Source of the DNA: an uncultured Acidobacteriota bacterium
Lineage (GTDB): Bacteria > Acidobacteriota > Thermoanaerobaculia > UBA5066 > Gp7-AA6
DNA length: 64,000 nucleotides
Direction of reading: 5' to 3'
NCBI GenBank assembly: GCA_963764715.1
Contig: CAVXTP010000013.1
Coordinates: forward strand, 32,001-96,000
The notes under the pieces are model-generated. The model made no database searches. It saw only the letters and a program-made list of their open reading frames with translations, and was not told the origin of the DNA. Below, one piece after another: positions 59,638-64,000 of this stretch. The translations under genes were made by a program, and so were the position numbers. Each line of letters starts with the position of its first letter. The stretch's first letter is position 1.

Positions 59638-60852
59638 CTAGTTTACGGGCAGGACGACCAAAGCGCCGGGCCGCTCGGAGAGGGCGGCCGGTCCGCCCGA
59701 CTCGCGGACCGCGAAATCGTCCTCGATCCGGACCCCGAACTTCCCGGGCAGGTAGATGCCGGGCTCGATCGTGACCGTGTTGCCGGAGGAAAGCGCGGTG
59801 CCGTTGCCCCGGACGAGGTACGGCGGCTCGTGGCCGTCCATGCCGAGGCCGTGGCCGAGCCGATGGGTGAAGTAAGCCCCGTAGCCGCCCGCCTCGATGA
59901 CTTGGCGCGCGGCGCGGTCGACCTCGGCCCCGGCCGCGCCGGCGCGGAGCGCCTCGATGCCGGCGGCCTGCGCGCGGTCGACGAGCGCGTAGACCTTGCG
60001 AACCTCGTCCGAGGGCGGCCCGAAGCTGGCGGTGCGCGTGACGTCCGACGTGTAGCCGCGGACCTTGCAGCCCGCGTCGATCAGCACGACGTCGCCGGCC
60101 GCGAGCTTCCGGTCGCCCGGGCCGCCGTGCGGTAGCGCCGAGGAGGGGCCGAACTGGACGAGGCCGCCGCCGCGAACGCCGAGGGCCTGGAACTGCTGCT
60201 CGAGGAGGTCGGAGACCTGGCTTTCGGTCATTCCCCGCGCGAGCTTGCGGTGCACGCCCGCGATCGCGAGCGACGTGCGGCGCGCCGCCTCCCGGAGGAA
60301 CGCCTGCTCTTCGGCGCTCTTCACCATGCGGAGCGAGTCGAAGGCCGCCGTCGCGTCGCGCGCCTCGAGATGCGCGGCGGCCTGGAGCTCCGACGCCGTG
60401 TGGAACGCGGTCGTTCCCTCGACGCCGAGGACCCGGGCCTTGCCGAGCGCCTTCGCCGCGAGCGGCATCGGGTCCTCGTCCTCGTTCCACGTCACGAGCT
60501 CGTCGAAGACGGCGTCCCGCTTGTGGTTCTCGGCCTCGAACGACGGAGTCACGAGGACGGCGGGCCCGTCGGCGAGGAGAACCAGGGCGGTCAGCCGTTC
60601 GCTCCGGCCGATCGCGAGGTTCGCCGACCAGGCGAGGTTGGTCGAAGGCGTCACGAAGAGGGCGTCGAAGCCCCGCGCCTTCGCCGCGGCGCGCAGGCGT
60701 GCCTGCCGCTCGCGGAAGGCCTCGGGCGGAAGCGGCGGCGGCAGGGGCGGCGCCGACGGCGGGCCGGGCGCGGCCTCGAGCCCCGCGGGAAGCGCCGACG
60801 CCGCGGCCGCGGCTCCGGCGGCGGTCATCCAGCGGCGGCGGGTCAGGGTCAT
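59638..60852 (-). CDS. Xaa-Pro peptidase (M24) with Tat-like signal
   Basis: LTRRRW followed by an Ala-rich signal; LPH, IDAG, SDVTRT, HRLGHGLGMDGHE, TIEPGIY and GVRIED motifs. Confidence 0.9.
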   Translation of the reverse strand: MTLTRRRWMTAAGAAAAASALPAGLEAAPGPPSAPPLPPPLPPEAFRERQARLRAAAKARGFDALFVTPSTNLAWSANLAIGRSERLTALVLLADGPAVLVTPSFEAENHKRDAVFDELVTWNEDEDPMPLAAKALGKARVLGVEGTTAFHTASELQAAAHLEARDATAAFDSLRMVKSAEEQAFLREAARRTSLAIAGVHRKLARGMTESQVSDLLEQQFQALGVRGGGLVQFGPSSALPHGGPGDRKLAAGDVVLIDAGCKVRGYTSDVTRTASFGPPSDEVRKVYALVDRAQAAGIEALRAGAAGAEVDRAARQVIEAGGYGAYFTHRLGHGLGMDGHEPPYLVRGNGTALSSGNTVTIEPGIYLPGKFGVRIEDDFAVRESGGPAALSERPGALVVLPVN

Positions 60853-60913
60853 GCGGCGCGTAGGATACCGTTTCGCGGGCGCGGCGGTCCGCCGCGGCAC
60901 CCGCGCGCGCGGA

Positions 60914-61072
60914 TCAGTCGCTGTCGCGGCGGCGCTCGCCCTGGCGCCGGTCGACGCGGACGGCGTCGGACGGCGTATAGCGTTCGTGGGCGCGGCGGTC
61001 CCCGGTCCGGCGCTCGCTCTTTTCCTCCCGGCGGTCCTCGACCGGGTCGTTCGGCGCGTTGTCGTCGATCAT
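60914..61072 (-). CDS. 52-aa [D/E]RR-repeat micro-protein (not in the ORF track)
   Basis: MIDDNAPNDPVEDRREEKSERRTGDRRAHERYTPSDAVRVDRRQGERRRDSD*; GAGGAAG SD-like sequence 9 nt upstream; nearly all codons end in G/C; same strand as neighbours. Confidence 0.7.
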   Translation of the reverse strand: MIDDNAPNDPVEDRREEKSERRTGDRRAHERYTPSDAVRVDRRQGERRRDSD

Positions 61073-61179
61073 GGGTCGGATCTTCCTCGACGGGTGTCGG
61101 TCAACTCGGGCGTCTCCAGGTCAGGTTCTCCCGCACGCGCGAAGGCAACGCCGGCCCGGCGGGCGGCATTCCCGCGACC

Positions 61180-61599
61180 TCAGTAGACGCCTCCGGTCAG
61201 GTGGACGATCGCGGTCCAGAGGCCGCGGCTGAATCGAAAGGTCACGAGCGGGACCACGATGGCGGCCGTTCCCCACACGCCGAGCAGAATCGGCAGCGGC
61301 CACAGCGGCGAGAATGCCGAGGCGATCATGAGCCCGAAGGCGACGACGAACGTGTTGAGGTCGAGGGAGCCCACCCACTGCCCGTGCTCGCGGGCGAAGC
61401 GCACGCCGCAGCTCGAGCACGCCTCGTGCATCGTGAAGTACGTCCGGAAGAGCGGACCCTGGCCGCAGACCGGGCACCGCAGCCTCAGTCCGCGCCAGAG
61501 GACCTTGCGCCAGTAGCCTTCCGGCCAGCCCGTGCGCGGGTGCGCCGCGGTTCCGCGAAGGGGAAGGACGGGAGGAGGATCGGGGCCCGGGGCGGCCAT
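61180..61599 (-). CDS. DUF983 domain protein
   Basis: RGLRLRCPVCGQGPLFR...CSSCG zinc ribbon followed by two TM helices. Confidence 0.85.
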   Translation of the reverse strand: MAAPGPDPPPVLPLRGTAAHPRTGWPEGYWRKVLWRGLRLRCPVCGQGPLFRTYFTMHEACSSCGVRFAREHGQWVGSLDLNTFVVAFGLMIASAFSPLWPLPILLGVWGTAAIVVPLVTFRFSRGLWTAIVHLTGGVY

Positions 61600-61619
61600 G
61601 GGACGGCGATCTTACCGCG

Positions 61620-62525
61620 TCACGGCGCGGCCGCCGCGAGCGGGATGCGCTGGCCTTCGCGGGCCACGCCGAAGCCGCGCTTCTCGAGCGCCGCGCGCGC
61701 CGCCTCGTCGGAGAGCAGGCGGTTGGTGTGATTGAGGTGCACGAAGTAGACGCGTCCCTTCGCCGAGGGCACGGCGGCGAGGCGCGCCTCGGTCTCGGGC
61801 ACGAGCGGGTGCGGGATGTCGCGGATCGCGCGGCCGGGGATCTCGTCCGCGGAGAAGAACGTCCCGTCGACGAACGCGGTCAGCGCGGGGTCCGCGAGGA
61901 GATCCTCGAGCCGGCGGTCCCACGTCTCCCACTTGTCGATGTCGGGGAGCCAGAGGATGGCGCGCGACGGGCCGCGCAGGATCCAGGCCACGGTGTCCGA
62001 GTCCTCGTCGCGGTGAGGCACGCGCACCGGAGTCGCGCGCAGGCTCGGCGTCAGGACGATCTCCTCGCCCGGGGCGACCTCGTGGATCGCGATGTTGTCG
62101 AGGGCGACGAGGCGGCTCCACGGTTTGTTGCCGCGCAGGAAGGCCGCCATCGAGGGCGTGCAGTAGACCGGGACGCTCCGGGCGCCGAGGACCTCGCGGC
62201 CGAGCTGCGCGAGGCCCAGGTAGTGACCGATGTGGGCGTGCGTCAGGAGGATGCCGTCGGGCAGGCCGCCGAGCGCTTCCATCTGGTCGGCGAAGTCCGG
62301 CGTCGCATCGACGAGGAAGCGCCTCCCGGCGGCCGGATCGACGAGGCCGAGCGAGGCGACACGCATGCGCCGGGAGGGGTCGGCTCGCGCGGTCACGCAG
62401 AGCGGCTGGTGGCAACCCGCGTGAGGAACGCCCCCGTCCTGCGCGATGCCCAGTACCACGGCCTCGGGGCCCTTCGCGGGCGCGCCGCTTGCAAAGAGGA
62501 ACGCGGTCAGGAGCGCCGTCCGCAT
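61620..62525 (-). CDS. PqqB-like metallo-beta-lactamase-fold hydrolase
   Basis: LGIAQDGGVPHAGC, DATPD, THAHIGHY, VPHRDE, PDIDKW, DGTF, PHP and HLNHTN motifs. Confidence 0.85.
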   Translation of the reverse strand: MRTALLTAFLFASGAPAKGPEAVVLGIAQDGGVPHAGCHQPLCVTARADPSRRMRVASLGLVDPAAGRRFLVDATPDFADQMEALGGLPDGILLTHAHIGHYLGLAQLGREVLGARSVPVYCTPSMAAFLRGNKPWSRLVALDNIAIHEVAPGEEIVLTPSLRATPVRVPHRDEDSDTVAWILRGPSRAILWLPDIDKWETWDRRLEDLLADPALTAFVDGTFFSADEIPGRAIRDIPHPLVPETEARLAAVPSAKGRVYFVHLNHTNRLLSDEAARAALEKRGFGVAREGQRIPLAAAAP

Positions 62526-62532
62526 GGCGGCC

Positions 62533-62567
62533 ACTGTAGACTGACGCCTGTAAACTGTCGACTGTTC
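62533..62567. repeat. Five degenerate heptamers within a divergent promoter
   Basis: ACTGTAG ACTGACG CCTGTAA ACTGTCG ACTGTTC. Confidence 0.6.
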
Positions 62568-62578
62568 AGGAGGAACCC

Positions 62579-62992
62579 ATGGCCCGCAAGAGCTTGTCCC
62601 GAACGACCGCCCAGGCCCTCGGCCCGATCGTCGTTCCGTTGTTTACGAAAGTCGCCCTGCCGATCGCGATCGAGAGCCTGCGCCGGGGCGGCAAGTTCGA
62701 CACCGACCGCTTCTACGCGGAGGCCAAGGAAAGCCTCGCGAAGGGCTTCGAGAAGAGCAAGCCGGAGATGGAGGACTTGAAGGACGAGCTCTCCGAGCGC
62801 GGCTCGGACCTCTACTCCGAAGCCCGCAAGCACGGCGCCGACCTGCTCGAAGCGCTGACGGAGAAAGGCTCCTCGATCGCCGAGGACTGGATGGGCCGCG
62901 TGCGCCCGCGCCGCCGCCGCTTCCGCCTCGTCCACGCGCTCGGCATCCTCGCCGTCGTCGGCGTCGTCGCGGCGCTCGTCGGGAAGAAGTAA
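62579..62992 (+). CDS. Hypothetical helical protein with C-terminal TM anchor
   Basis: AGGAGG SD; charged amphipathic middle, RRRR cluster, hydrophobic tail. Confidence 0.75.
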   Translation: MARKSLSRTTAQALGPIVVPLFTKVALPIAIESLRRGGKFDTDRFYAEAKESLAKGFEKSKPEMEDLKDELSERGSDLYSEARKHGADLLEALTEKGSSIAEDWMGRVRPRRRRFRLVHALGILAVVGVVAALVGKK

Positions 62993-63012
62993 CGCCGACG
63001 AAGAGGAAGTAG

Positions 63013-63079
63013 GGGGTCAGGTCTTCATTTTTCAAATTTCGAATGCTGTCTAAAATTCGAAATTTGAAGACCTGACCCC
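63013..63079. repeat. Palindromic REP/REPIN-like element, family A, copy 3
   Basis: GGGGTCAGGTCTTCA ... TGAAGACCTGACCCC; AT-rich inner palindrome AAATTTCGAAT/ATTCGAAATTT. Confidence 0.88.
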
Positions 63080-63080
63080 G

Positions 63081-63998
<918 letters not shown>

Positions 63999-64000
63999 TT

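Noticed and set aside
61138-61153. GG-N10-GC sigma54-like site upstream of the micro-protein
   Set aside because: It lacks the TGGCAC/TTGC consensus and is expected by chance at this GC content.

Overview
Very GC-rich (roughly 70% or more by eye), gene-dense bacterial chromosomal segment. Gene content and repeat style suggest Acidobacteriota, but this is inference only. About 53 coding regions are supported, mostly housekeeping: cobB (partial), an HlyD/ABC exporter, a PilT-like ATPase, ruvBA, a PpiD/SurA chaperone, an mreBCD-mrdA-rodA-rng operon led by a FecR-domain gene, photolyase, long-form Lhr, a PAS-GGDEF-EAL protein, a patatin-POTRA-barrel phospholipase, sthA, an AddAB-like helicase-nuclease, a TPP riboswitch with thiC, two M24 peptidases and ettA (partial). 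I found no tRNA, rRNA, CRISPR array, transposase, integrase or prophage gene. Most long extra ORFs in the track are antisense shadows. The unusual signal lies between the genes. (1) Two genes appear collapsed in frame to mini-ORFs that keep their start and operon coupling: a 37-aa SulP/STAS scar absent from the ORF track, and a Nei scar after lhr. (2) An unlisted 52-aa [D/E]RR-repeat micro-protein may bind c-di-GMP. (3) An orphan promoter-sRNA-terminator unit follows rng, and a ~195-nt nested hairpin lies upstream of the FecR/mre operon. (4) Three GGG(G)TCAGGTCTT palindromic elements have unrelated self-complementary interiors and abut stop codons; one is read through by sthA. (5) Heptamer-repeat elements in inverted orientation bracket mreC-mreD. 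(6) Many genes have a -10 box 6-12 nt before the start codon, suggesting leaderless mRNAs. All family calls come from motif recognition by eye; no searches were run.
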